Shown in pieces: positions 48,807 through 61,700 of a stretch of 64,000 bases of DNA (the stretch's first letter is position 1; each line of letters begins with the position of its first letter). The notes under the pieces are model-generated. The model was not told where the DNA came from, made no database searches, and was given only the letters and a program-made list of their open reading frames with translations. The stretch covers positions 37,451 through 101,450 of the forward strand of contig NIVC01003368.1 of the NCBI GenBank assembly GCA_002269645.1, given 5' to 3'. Made by a program: the position numbers and the translations under genes. The stretch is from Macrostomum lignano. Its lineage: Eukaryota.

Positions 48807-50477
48807 CTATTTTGATTCGTCGTTCCGTTTGTCGCCGCCATTTGGTTTCCATTTTTGCCGGCAGGTCACGTGACCTCCTACTACTCGAAGCCCGACTTCG
48901 GGATCTTGTCGACCTGCTAGTCGTTGATCTTCCAGTCCAGTGACTAAGCGGACTTCCTCGCCGTCCGCGCAGCGTTGCTGCTGTTGTCCTTGGCAGTGAA
49001 GTTGCAGGTATCGTTCGAATTTCTGCTCCACAGATAGGCCAGAATGGAACAAATCTCTGGACATCAGATCTGTCCTGGGTGGCAGCGTTTCGTTTAGTTC
49101 GTCTCGCTCTTTCTGCTTCTGGAAGATGCGCTCCCGTCTGATGCGGCATTGCCGCTGTTGCTGCTGCTGTTTTTGCTCGAGCTCGTGACGGGACCGAGCG
49201 CAAGCCAGGTAGCGGATGTGGCGCCGCTGCTCAGAGAGCGTCGGCTTAGATGACGTCGAATGTTTTGGCGAATGCTTCTCCTGGCTTTGCTGTTGAGTTT
49301 TTTCACGCGAGCGCCTTCTGTTGCCTAGGACTCGAACCTGAATGCCAAAAGAGGAACAAATAGCGAAAATTATTTTTAGGCAGAATGTCAATCAAGTGCA
49401 AATTACTCCTGTGAGTTGTGGCAGCTGGGGGAGGGCACACTGCCGACTAGCTCTCAGTAAACCGTGGTCAGGCTTTCCTGCGAAAGGTCATGGACCTTCC
49501 ACGATGATACCCTGCATCGTATGCAGCCGAATTACTTTTTTGAGGCTCCAGAACGGAAATTGGCTTGACTGACTTCAATTAACCTTGTCGTTTTGATTTG
49601 CAGCGGGCCCAGAGGCCCCAGACAGGCCCCTCTGTCTACTTTACTAAATAACCCCGGACCATTCTTCTCTTGCCAAAATGGTCGATTCAAGATTCAAGTC
49701 TGATTTTTCATTCTGTATCTTGGTAAAGAAATCTTTATCCATTCCAGTTTAAAGATACAATATACTCGTAAATTCATCAAACTGGTTCTTTAGAATTTTT
49801 TATCAGTGTCCTCTGTCAAAGCAATGACGGTAACCTTCAACATCCTTCGATGTCACTAATGTTGGCTTGACTTAAAATCGTACATGTTCCCATTCGTGTC
49901 CTACATAATTTATTATTTACCTATTTACACGTGCATTTCATTGTACTATTGTGACAAGAGCTCGAGGTTTTTTTCAACTTCTCATTTTAACAAGCAATTC
50001 TTAATTTCTGAGCTCTTTAGTGCTGTTATAGAGACGGGTTGGAGGATTTCTAGGCTCCGGATCACGTGATTAATGTGACCAGTTAACAGATATATGTGAT
50101 TAAAATGTGTAAATTAGATGTCTAAGCAAGGTAATATTGAGCAGAGCGCATTGCTAGTACAGAATTATTGTTAAAACTTAAATCCCCGTAAATTCATATA
50201 CATTTTTGTGGCTGAAATGTAAATGTGGGCAAACTTCGGCGAGCAACTTCCGTACTACCGCAGCAGCATAGCATGGTTATTGGTTGCTCACCTGACTCCT
50301 CCAGCTGCCTTTGCCACCAATTAGTAGCACAGTCTCCTGCTGCTCCTGCGGCTGACTCTCCTCCAACGACGAGCTGATTCTTTGAGAAGTGGCGCCCGGC
50401 CCATCCGCATTGCCATCCCGTATTGGCAGCTGGTATTGCTCGGGCATTGAGTGCGTTTTAGTGGCTGTGTTCGCCAT
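48807..50477 (-). CDS. Two-exon uncharacterised Q/R/S-rich protein, ~238 aa
   Basis: ATG at 50477 (agaATGg). Exon 50477-50292 ends CAG|GTGAGC; acceptor ATTCAG|49337; a phase-0 join gives a continuous ORF to the stop at 48807. Both exons are GC-richer than their flanks. No family recognised. Confidence 0.55.
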
Positions 50478-52714
50478 TCTCAAGGCGAATTGATGATGAA
50501 CTGATCCGTTCTCGTACACTTACACCCTGCTCAGCAAGTTTGAGTTTCTTACCAGTGCAAGCAACATTAGTGTAGTGCGGCTTTTATACACGTTTTCTGT
50601 CTGTTCGATTGAAAAAAAGCTATATACCGCCGCCATCTCTCGCATCATCTTGCATCGCAGCTTCTTTGCCAACTTTAATGGCGCTCCCGTGATGCATTAC
50701 TAACTGCACTTTATAGTCCGCGACACGCCTCATGGTTACATTCCCAGCCTCTTGAATGGCTGGGCTCTTAATCCCATTCCACTTTCTCTTTGTGCTACTC
50801 TTTTTATGTTCCCCCTTTTTCTCGCCATTTTTTACTTATGAATTTCTTTATGGCCTGGAGGTTTTTTTGCGAAGAGACAGGAAGTCATCCATTCCGTATT
50901 CCAGAAGCGCCCTCTACTCTTCTTTCTCATTTTTCTATACTATTTGTAACCAATTATATATAATCCCATGCTGGTTTTACTTCTGGTACGGTTAATCACG
51001 TCTGAAGAATTAGTTAGAATTTTGTAAAGTGTCTTTTAAAAAGTCATTTAGTTTTCTACTGAGGTTCCGACTGAAGACGCACCTACGCACAAGGTACCAT
51101 TCTTAGACAACTGATAACAAATTATTTTAACAGATCCAAACCGAATTTGCGAATTTGCGTTTTGTTCAGCTCTGAATAGGGTTTTACCATAGACCAAATC
51201 GATTGAAAAAAATCAGAGATAAAGACAACTTAAATGCATGGAATGTTGAAGAATTGTACAAGCGCTATCCATATGGTAAATCCTGCAGTAATTCTTTGAA
51301 AAGTGGACGTCTGTCTATTGGAAGAAGCTGAGCTGCAAAACCGATCATTTGTTTCATTGTTATTAGAGCAAAGCATAGTATCGCTTTTGGCGTTCTAAAA
51401 GAGATTGTGGCCAAGCAAAACTAGATAGACTCCATATCCTCTTCATACTAGCTCGGTTTCAGCACGAGCGATGTTAAAAAACATGGCATTAAGTACGCCC
51501 GTATAATCCATAGACTAAAAATGAAGAATAAAAGAGACACGCAGCCTGTCGGTACGAGACTAAATGGAAAGTAACCGATTTTTTTTCGAAATCTCTAATA
51601 ATTAAAGCATTAGCTATAGAATGAATGATCCGTTATTCTTTGCGTCGATCAGGATTTGACGGTCTTCTGTTGGAATCGGTGGAGCCATAATAGTTGTACA
51701 GTTTAAAGTTGAGGTGCAGCAGGTTGAAACAGAGAAATTTGTAAAACTAGCTGAGGGATCGTTCTCGTATTGATAAGGCACTGCGTCTCATTTAGATTCT
51801 CCATTTAAAGTCTATGGCTTTTCGGGGCATAGTCTATGGCATATAAGTAGTCTAATTGGATGTTGTCATACACTTTGGAATCTTTGTAAAATGACACCCT
51901 GAAGAGAACAAAAAAGTTAACGGCGAATAGGATTGATATCCCAGGGACTTCTGCGATATAAGTATACCATAGCTCGCACATCAGGGACGATGAGCCAGTA
52001 AGTGCCATAGAAAAAATGCGAGCGACAGGCCTGCGATAGGTGAGCAGAAGTCCCTGATAGGCACGACTTAAAATTCTTTTTTAAGTTCTAGTTTTACCGA
52101 AATAATGCTTCATACTTCATGTTAATTAAAAATTACGTGAAAAAAAACCAGAAACTTTTTGCATGCCATAACTAAAGGCTAAAAATAGAATCTGCAGCTT
52201 GATAAAGTCTGAATATAAATATTTATATTTCTCAAGGATTATAATAAAATCTGATTTCTTTATAAACACACAGGGATAGAAGCAATAGACATAAAGAATA
52301 TAGAGGCTTAACTTAAAAGAATATAAGTAATCATTGCAGAGCTCAGAAAATAAGTTTCTCAGAAAAAATAGGCTTTTTATGAAAACTCAAAACTTTTAAT
52401 TGAATTAATAAAACTTATGCAACCTTTTATAAATAGTTTCTCTCTTTCAGTATTTCGATATAGCAAGTAAGACTATTTTTAATTACGTAGAATTAGAGTC
52501 GCTGAGGCAGTCCGATAGAAATCTATACCTAAGTACTTAAAAGTAGCCGGAAAAGGCACAGTTTAAACATAAAAATAAGAAAAAATAATATATATATTTG
52601 TGTCTTAAAAAGTTTTTCTCCAAAAGAAAAATTTCGTCCCTTTCTTATCAGCTCTGTGTTTTCCAACGTTTCTCTTCAGCAGCCTAGCTTATTCCATTAA
52701 TCTGCATTGATATG

Positions 52715-55700
52715 TCAGTCTCCATTGTACACGATTTTCTCTTGATTGGCTTTGATTGCTTTAGCCTGCTGCTCTTCTAGTCGAATTCCGGCCGTGCAGA
52801 TGTAGAGTTCCAGCTCGTCCAGCTTCCCGTCCAGCACCATCAGATGCTGCTGTCCATCTGAGGTTTCTGCAGAGTTGGTTTATAATTTAGATGTAATTTA
52901 GATGTCTCACTTAAAATTGATAACAATATAGTTGAGATGGTCGAATGATCAAACCAATCCGGGAACTGCTGTCTGCCAGGTTCTGGCTTGCGTTCTGGGC
53001 GTATTTTGTGAGCCTTTAGGAAATTCCTGAGTTAATTCCTAGCTTGATTATTTCAATTTTGTTGCCTTAGAACAGGGGTCAGCAAACTCAAGAGTCAAAT
53101 AGAGAGTCTAACGCATTACTGCGGCTCAGAGGAGGGGAGAGAAGAGGAGAGACTGGAGAGAAGGGGGAAGAGAGAGATCTGAGAAGTGACACAAACATTG
53201 AACGGGCCGGATTGACTGTAAAGTTTCAAAGGACCCGAAGACCGGATAGAGAGGCTTTGCTGACCCAAGCCTTGGAAGAAAACTGTACGACATCATTGAC
53301 AATCAGTATCCATATGAAATCTGTTAAGATAAATAATCCCTACAATTAAGATCCCGGATCATGTACATGTAGAGGTGTTCGTTGTCAATTTACCTTGCAT
53401 ATAGTTGAACCTGGTATCGATGTGATGCAGCTTATTGGCGGCCTCCTTGCAGCCAAACAGCGATCTTATACAGGAAACCGCATAGTCCACGATCTCATAT
53501 TCGTTAGAGACGTTGGCCCAGTCGGCTTTGACAGCCGAGAAGCTCTCCAGGATGATGGTGAGGAAGAAGTTAATGAGGATGAAAGAGACGAACAACATGT
53601 AGAAGAAGAAGAATATCATGCCGAGGTTTCCACCGCCAACGATGAAGGTTGTGAAGTCGAATTTGTCTGCAAAATATTGTGGCGCATAATAAAGATGCCG
53701 GAAAATATAGTGTACCTACTATACGCATATACATGTAGAGGCCAACTGTTCGCTACTATAATATATATTAAACAATATACACATGCACATCTAGCATTTT
53801 TGTAGTGAATCTCCCATATGTGTCCTTCCACTGGTGCACATTGGCAGGAATGCTAATTCGAAGAGCCCCTGTCTCTCGGTGGGCGCCCTTCTTTTTTGGG
53901 CGCCCCTATCACTTGGTTAGCACCTCTTTCTCTCGGTGGGCGCCCCTTTCTCTTTGTGGGCACCCATGTCTCTTAGTAGGTGTCTCTGTCTCTCGGTGGG
54001 CGCCCCTGTCTCTTGTTGGGCGCCTCTGTCTTTTTGGGGCAACCGCTAACTCTTGGTAGGCACCCCTGTCTCTCGGTGGGCGCCCCTTCTCTTTGTGGGC
54101 ACCCATGTCTCTTGGTAGGTGTCCCTGTCTCTTAATGGGCAATAAATTCCATCAAAATGCAATCTCTCGATACAATAAAATTCGTACTGGTGGTAAATAT
54201 GCTTATAGTGCTTCTCTGTTTTCGCAATATGTTTGGCCTCGGTCAGTAAACACTAGACACTGATATATATATAAGAAATACCTATCATCCCTGACAATTC
54301 TTTTACTTAGATCTTAGGTTCCATTTAGGAGCTAGGAGCATTTCAATCAGTCCCGTGACGCATAAAACCTCATGTTTTTTATCGGTTGCCAATGCCCTAT
54401 ATGCGAGCTAGTTAAATCTCGTATTCTCGAACACATTTTCGGATTCGTCCTTTATAGTTCTTCCTTGATTTTCCTGCTGGGAGCATGCATGCCTTAAACG
54501 CATACCTGTTTGATATAAACAAGTTATAAAGCACCAACTCACTCAGAGTCATAACGCCCAACGTCTCCACAGTGGCAATCGGAGTCTTGAAGCTTTCCAC
54601 ATTGCAGAAGAACATTAAGTAACCCATCTGCACAAATGCAAAAAACATGATGCCAAACACGACGCCAAAGTGCAGCAGAGGCTTCACCGCCTTCTGCAGC
54701 ACGCAGCCCAGCATGCGCATCTTTCGGTTGAACGTTAACAAGCGGAGGAATCTAATCGTGAAGATGAACACGATCAGGCCCATGAACAGCTGGTTCATCT
54801 GGAAATCAGTTGAAAAAAAGACAAGGAAAGTAGCTTCAGTTTCATTTCTATTGCTGTGCTGTGATAGCGTCTCCAATGAAATTTGCTATCAAACGAAAGA
54901 TCACACTCACCTGCTGCCAAAGTATCAGCCACTGAAAGTTGACAAACTTATTCGGATACGTTCTGAGCAGGTACGAGACAGCCTTCTGGGCGACAATTCT
55001 CGTGGCAAACAGGCCGATTTCGGCGCAGCAGACAAGAAGCAAAACAAAATCCATGACGTTGAATGCGTCCTGTAAGTTTTTGTTGAAATAGAATTACAGA
55101 AACGCATGCAGAGGCGCTGAACATATACTGTAGGGAAGCAGAATGTTCTTACCTGAAAGTAGCTGCACTTTTTCTTATGCAACGCTCGGATTTCTTTCAC
55201 CAAGAAAACAACAATGAAGATTAGCGAGACAATGTCCAAGGCGAGGTACAGCATCCCGTTGGCGCCGACGTATCGATCCATTCGCAGCGTGAAAATCATC
55301 GGGTCGGGCAAGAATGAGCCACCGTTGTGGAACTCTAGCAGCAGCTCGCAGAATGTGAACAGATTGGTGTTTGGATTGTACAGAAGCATCTCAACGAATA
55401 CGCCCCTCGTGTAAACGTCTAGCCAACCTTCTTTGGCCAGTTTCGTTACTTTTGACCGAGCTTCGTAACGATTGCGGCCTAGCGAGGCTACATAGCCGCC
55501 GCCTGAGTAAGTTGCGATGGTGCCGCCAACCGGTGTGCCGTACATCTCCATAGCGTCGGTGTAGGTCCACTCGGGTTGGACTGGCGCTGGAATAGTACAG
55601 CTTGTATTCAGGTTTTTTTCGCTAAAAAACTACACCCAGTAGCATGTTAAAGTTTCCAACTCAAAATCAGTGGTTTACGCTCGTACTTTTCTCGGAGCTC

Positions 55701-58700
55701 AGCAGCCCAAGTGATGCGATTCACGCCACGCCCGCAGTTCTTGTCTCAACTGTGGGTAATCTACTTAGCAAACCTCTATTGCTCACGCTAGTGCGGAGAG
55801 AGTGGAGAGTTATGGCTAGAGCTGCATTGAAGCTGCCACTCTCAGTTGTCAGGCCTTATGAACTGGGTTCATAGAAACTTAACCATGTTGCTGAATGTAA
55901 CACTGTCACGGACTCGACTACAGCAACCTTCCGATTCTGATTGTTGTCGGTAACCTTTAGATTTACATGAAAGCTTCACCTGAACTGGCTCTATCTTTCG
56001 TCCAGACATTCACTTTAGAATCCATAATACTCTGAGAAGGTTTGGTATGTCTACTGTAAAAGTGTTGCGATTGAATGTGGAGAGAACTTTTGGGGCTACA
56101 TTGAGCTGGCTTTAATGATGTATCTACGATCTTTAAAACAGAATTATCATTATTGGCACAATAAAAATACCAATCTTCCTTAGGGTTAATGACCTATAAA
56201 ACTAATCACTGACAAACTACAGACAGTTGTCATTTGGCAAACTTACTGGTTGAATTTGCCAGCAGCCAGCCAGGTGCAAAGGACCTCTCATCGTCGCTCC
56301 ACATGCTGTACTCAGGGCGGCACTCGCTAATAATGTTGGCAAAGTACGAAGAAATTTTGCAGCTGTCAACAGCCTTCTTGATTCGCAGCTGTCTGAGTTG
56401 CGCCATCCGAACCAGCATGAGGTTCGGATCCGAGGTCCAGTTCAAGCCAATTTGATTGCAGAATTCCCCATTGTAGCAGGCAATCGGATAGGCAGTTGGG
56501 ATCACAGTGTTGTTTAGGTAGTCCCACAATGAGTCACGACGTATAGCTGAAGACATCGTTTTGGCCTGATGCGTCTCATTTTGAACGTAGATACCCTTGG
56601 TCAGCATGTTTTTCACATAATTGTTCTGCAGATACGATCGGTAATCCTGACTAGTGTAGGCAGCCATCATGAGTACTACGAGAAACAGAATGTAGAAAAC
56701 GATGTCCTTCAAGATGTCGTTCATGTTGTTCTCACGGATTCTGGATGGTGATGTTAAAATAGACTGTAGTAGAAACTGTACATTAGTTCAAAAATATTTG
56801 TGCAAACTTAAAAAGTTACAACGGTGAAATGGTGATAGAATTTCCTTACCGCTGCTCCCGCAACTCCCTCAGCACGTGCTCATCAGGCGGCGGAGGCGCC
56901 CGCTTCGACTTCAGGAACATCTCCCTCTTGCTGGGGTCGGTCAGGTCCTTGATGCTCAGCCGCTCGTGCACTGGCGGGAGGCCCGCAGCGACCATCTCCT
57001 TCGTCACCTCGTCCTCGTCCTCGTCGATCTTCTTCACCAGCAGAGCGTAGGCGGCGGCATCACCACGATCTTCACCGGCTGAATCAGCACGATCGACTGC
57101 AGCAAAGTGACAAGCATCGAGGCGAGCCACTCGGACGTCTTGGCCTCGCCGAGAACTCCGCCGAACTCCACCATCAGATAGGTGCACGCGGCCACGCTGA
57201 GAAACGACAGGATGTAGCCGATGATGTAGGACCACCAAGGCAGAGGCCACACGCGGCGCACGGCTGGGCGGATTCGAGCCAGGACTTTTGACTTGAGCGA
57301 CTTTCCGGCGGCTTCTTCGGTGGCGACAGACGGTTCGCCAATGGCATACTTTTCACCATCCCCAGCGCCGCTCTCTTCGTCAGGTGTGACCGGCCCGCGT
57401 GGCTTCACCTTTGAGGCCTTCTTCGGCTTGTTGCGTCTGTTTTTGAACAGCACAACAATGAGCACGTTAATCGGCAGGATGATCAGCGAGGACACAGTTG
57501 CCAGGTAGATGCTGTGAGCAGTGAGCTTTATCGGGCCGAACTCGATGAGTTGCGGACTCTCGACATGTTTTGACTGTCCGTAGAACATAAGGTTGACCAT
57601 CATGGTGCTCATGACCAACACCAAGCAGGCTGTGGCTCGCTGGACTCTCGTGAACTTGCTCCTGGGAGACCTGGTCACCACCGAGAGCCACAGGTGGCCG
57701 TCGTTGAGGTTCTTCTGCGCCTTGCTCCAGAAGACGACTTCAACTTCCTGACCTCCTCCATTCCGGACACGGGCAAAATCCTGTCCACCTGAAATTGGCA
57801 CACTGATGTTGCGTCTCTGCTCCAGTGCAATGTCTACTCAATAAAATGCTTAGCTTACCATTCCGTCATCCTCGTCAAATGCGAACCAACGATTGCAGAT
57901 AAAGAAGTACTTGTCTCCTGTCTGCAAATCTTCAACCAGCAATCGATTGAAGTACCACTTGGGATCTGAGCCGGCGTTGTCGTGCCAAATCCTGGCATGG
58001 GTGAGACGGCCGAGGTAGCTCGGAGTCGTCATGAAGAACGAGTCTACGCAGCCAGTTTGCAGAACGGGTCTCTTAGGATCAAGGACCGGCCGAGCCTCAC
58101 TCTCCGAGTCCTCGCCGATCAAAGAGAATGACACCTGGGCGGTCGTGCCGCGTGTCGTCTGGCGCCCGTCCAGAAAGTCAACTCATACCTGAGAATTTTA
58201 AACAATTATTGAATGTTTTAAAATTGCATAAGGTTTTGATAACTTCAAGCTTTCATAAGATCAGTCGGAGAGTCAAGCCTGTCCGTAAAGAAGAAGATAA
58301 TAATTACTTACCTGAATTCGTCTGCCGGATGATTGTCTGGCAACGGCGTGACGCCAACCTTCTTCATGTCGTCCTTGTCTTTTCTGCGAACCCAAACAAC
58401 AATGATTAGGTAGAAACAGACCAGTGCCAGGACCACGCTCAGTGCGATCGGGTTGCTGTCCAGCTTCAGCCAGCCCGAGTCGGAAGGATTAAACGCCAAC
58501 GGTGGCACGTAGAATGAAGACATAAACGAAGTCATGTGGCTGCTGAAGCATTGCGTTTCAGTTGGCGTACTGCACTGACCGACCTGAAAAAACATTTTCA
58601 ACACGTATTTATAATTTGAGGGGTTATTGAAGAACTAAACAAAGTTTATTCTGAAACGTTTTCATACATGAACGCCTATATTGCTAAACTGAGAAGAATT

Positions 58701-61700
58701 CGTGTCAAAATAATAACAGCCAGCCGTAAACGCTGTGCTCTTGAAGTCATGCTTAGGTACTGATACTCTGGTATCTTGGAATTTTCGCTGTTGCCACTGC
58801 TGCTGTCACCATCTATAGTTTTCACGGATGGCTTTCCGTCAACGTCCAGTTTAATTGCTCGAATGCCGAAGTGGACGGTTTTTTCGACCTCGCGGCTGTA
58901 ATTATAGTAAATAATATTCGCTTTGTATTGAAGTTATAATTATTAAAAGACATATAAGCATAAAAACACGTACGTATTGAGATCGTCCACTGAAAGGTAG
59001 CAAGTCCACAAGTCAGGCTGATATGAATTCGACTTCTCGCAATTGTCTGTTGAATCCAAGTCGCTGTTTGGACTGCACCAAGTCGAGTTGCACATACAAT
59101 TGGTCAGCTTATAGTCCGGTCCAGCTGGTACTGACGTCCCATTATAGTCAGTCAAGGGAGCAGAACCAACCCAATGTGCTGTTCCTACAGTTGCACGGCT
59201 CCTGTCTAAACTCGGAGCCCGAACTCGAGTCGGAGGCGTTAGAAGGTGCACTACACATAGTCGTTGCTGGCAGCGGCAGCTGGCACAGCCGGTCATAGGA
59301 GCTATCAGTAGGTGGCTCTCCCGCTTTAAAGTACACTAGGAAGCCGTAGTTCAATAGGTTCGTGGCCGTAGTTTCGTTGCGAGCGGTGGCGTCGGTCGAG
59401 TTCAGATATTGCTCAACTTTCACGAACAAGGCATTGCTGGTCTCCACTAGTACTTTCTGAGTTTGCAGAGTGACAGACTTGTCTGCTGTCTGTCCGTAAG
59501 TGCTGGGAAGTGTCTCATTGTCCGCCATTATGTTAGTGAGCCGCATTTCAATCCAAGAAGATGAACCGAGATCACTGATGTCATATTCCCCATTTGTAGA
59601 GGAGGACATGGTAATGGAGTAAGTGCTCGAGCTCATGTTTCCACCGCCTTTGGCCGATGCGAACAAGTTTGACTTGCTTTTGATGACCTGGAGATTTAAA
59701 AAGGCCTCGTGCAGTAGATGCCATGCTAAAATTACTTAAAGTAAGAAACGAAAGAGTCTTACTTTCGTCAGCGCTGACTGGGAGGGAACCGTTGTGTTAG
59801 GATTTCTCGGATCCGGTTCCACTAAGAGGCTGCTTCCGTAGCTATCTTTGAAATCGCCGAGCTTGAAGTTGTCACATCCTGTTGAACCGCTGGCCTTGAG
59901 TTTTGCTGGAAGTTTAAAAAAGTAATAACTATGGTCTGTGTAATAGTTAAAAAGAATTTAAGCATTAAAAGTAAACAATGAATAGTTTTTAGCGTACCAT
60001 TATTCAGTTTGCTTGGCTGCCGTTTCACGACCACAATGCTGATGTTGGGAGTTGAAATATGCGTCTCCCGTTCATCCGTGACCATTTTGTTAGCCAAAGA
60101 ATCGGCAGCGGTATGTAATTGCCTAGCTGCTTGTTTCCAAGTTTTAGTTTGTTTGACGACTTGTCTTGGTTTCCTGCTCCGTTTTGCTCTGCGTTGTTAA
60201 GTGACGAGGTAATACTTTCGGAGGATGCAACTAGCCGATTCACGCTAGCGAGAACTTCGTGGTATGACACGCCGCGCTGCTGCGAGATTTCAAGCAGATT
60301 TTTTGCCATATTTTTAGCCGTTTCAGCAACTACGTCAAGTGAATCCTCGTCAAGTTCGCCCTCAGTAATTGTGCTGAGCATTTTCGACTGGAATTCGAGG
60401 TCTCTCAGTCGATTGTCTGTCGTGGTGTTGCTATCAGAGGCGTTAACGCACTTTGATATCAGATTAACAACTTTGCGCTTGAATAGAATCATCTCTTGAA
60501 CCTGAGCAGGTGTATCCACTGTTACAGTGCTAAGGGAGTTAATGGCTGGGAACGCAGCCTTTCCCATTTCACGAGAGTTTCCTCCGTAAGCGGAGCCTTC
60601 AATTCTGTTGTAGATGTTTCCATTGCTGAGCTCGTCAATGCTCATTTGTCGCTCCTTGACTCGCAGCAAGGTGGAGATATTATAGAAAGATGAAGCCATC
60701 GCTGCGTCGAACACCTCAATGCAGATAGTAATCATGTAGTCACGCTTCTGAGCGCCGCTAGGTAGCATTGTAGCCTGGCTTAGTTTGCATTCATTGGCAC
60801 CTGACAAGATAGCGGTATTCAGTAAATAAGATGACGTATTGAGCTATTTACTAATAGCGAAAATGCACTGCTCACCTATTTCAATCGGAATGCAGTCATC
60901 CGGTCCGCTTGGGTTCTCCAGCTGGCTGTAACCAATGTTGTACTTTAGTGAGCCGTCGCTATCCGTGGCACCGTCGCACGTGAGCTGAAATCTCGTATTC
61001 AAAGCTTCGCCAACGGTAGGAAAGGCTCGAACAGAGAGCAAGCTTACGTCTGGAGCAGTGTTGATCATCAAGTACAGCAGTTTGAAGCCATAGTTAGTTG
61101 GCGATCCATCGCGGTAGGACTTCACCCTGAGTATGTAGATGCCGTTCGATGCGCGCGGCAGACAGCCGACTCCATCGATGGCAAGTCCCGGAGAGGAAAT
61201 TCCTAAAATATCAGAATATTTGTTTTAATCTGAGTAAACTATTTTAAGCTTTTTAAAGAAACTTTTCAACTTCTGTGGCAAACTTTACCTGTACTTGCAC
61301 AGTTTTGGCCATCTAAAATAAAATATAGAAAGCATATATTAATTTTTGTGCTCTTCCACGAAAATGCAATTGATTGATAGATAGCTATTTGATAAGTACT
61401 TTTATTATCCAATACAATAAAAGATGATTACCAATGATGCTCCAGTCCGGACCCATTTCATCCATGTCCAGCTGGGCCAGCACTGAACTCTGCGACAGAT
61501 CGTACGGACAAGATGTAACTGGATTTTTTAAATTAGAAATCTGCCAGCGATAATGAAATCTCACGCCCGGAATGTAATTGTCAATCGATGTTTGGAATTT
61601 TATCGGAATGTTTGGGTTGATGTTGATGGCTTCATCTTCGCAGGCTCTTCCGTTTATCTTCGGGTTCTTAATGACGCTCCTGTGGCAATTGCTGATGCAT

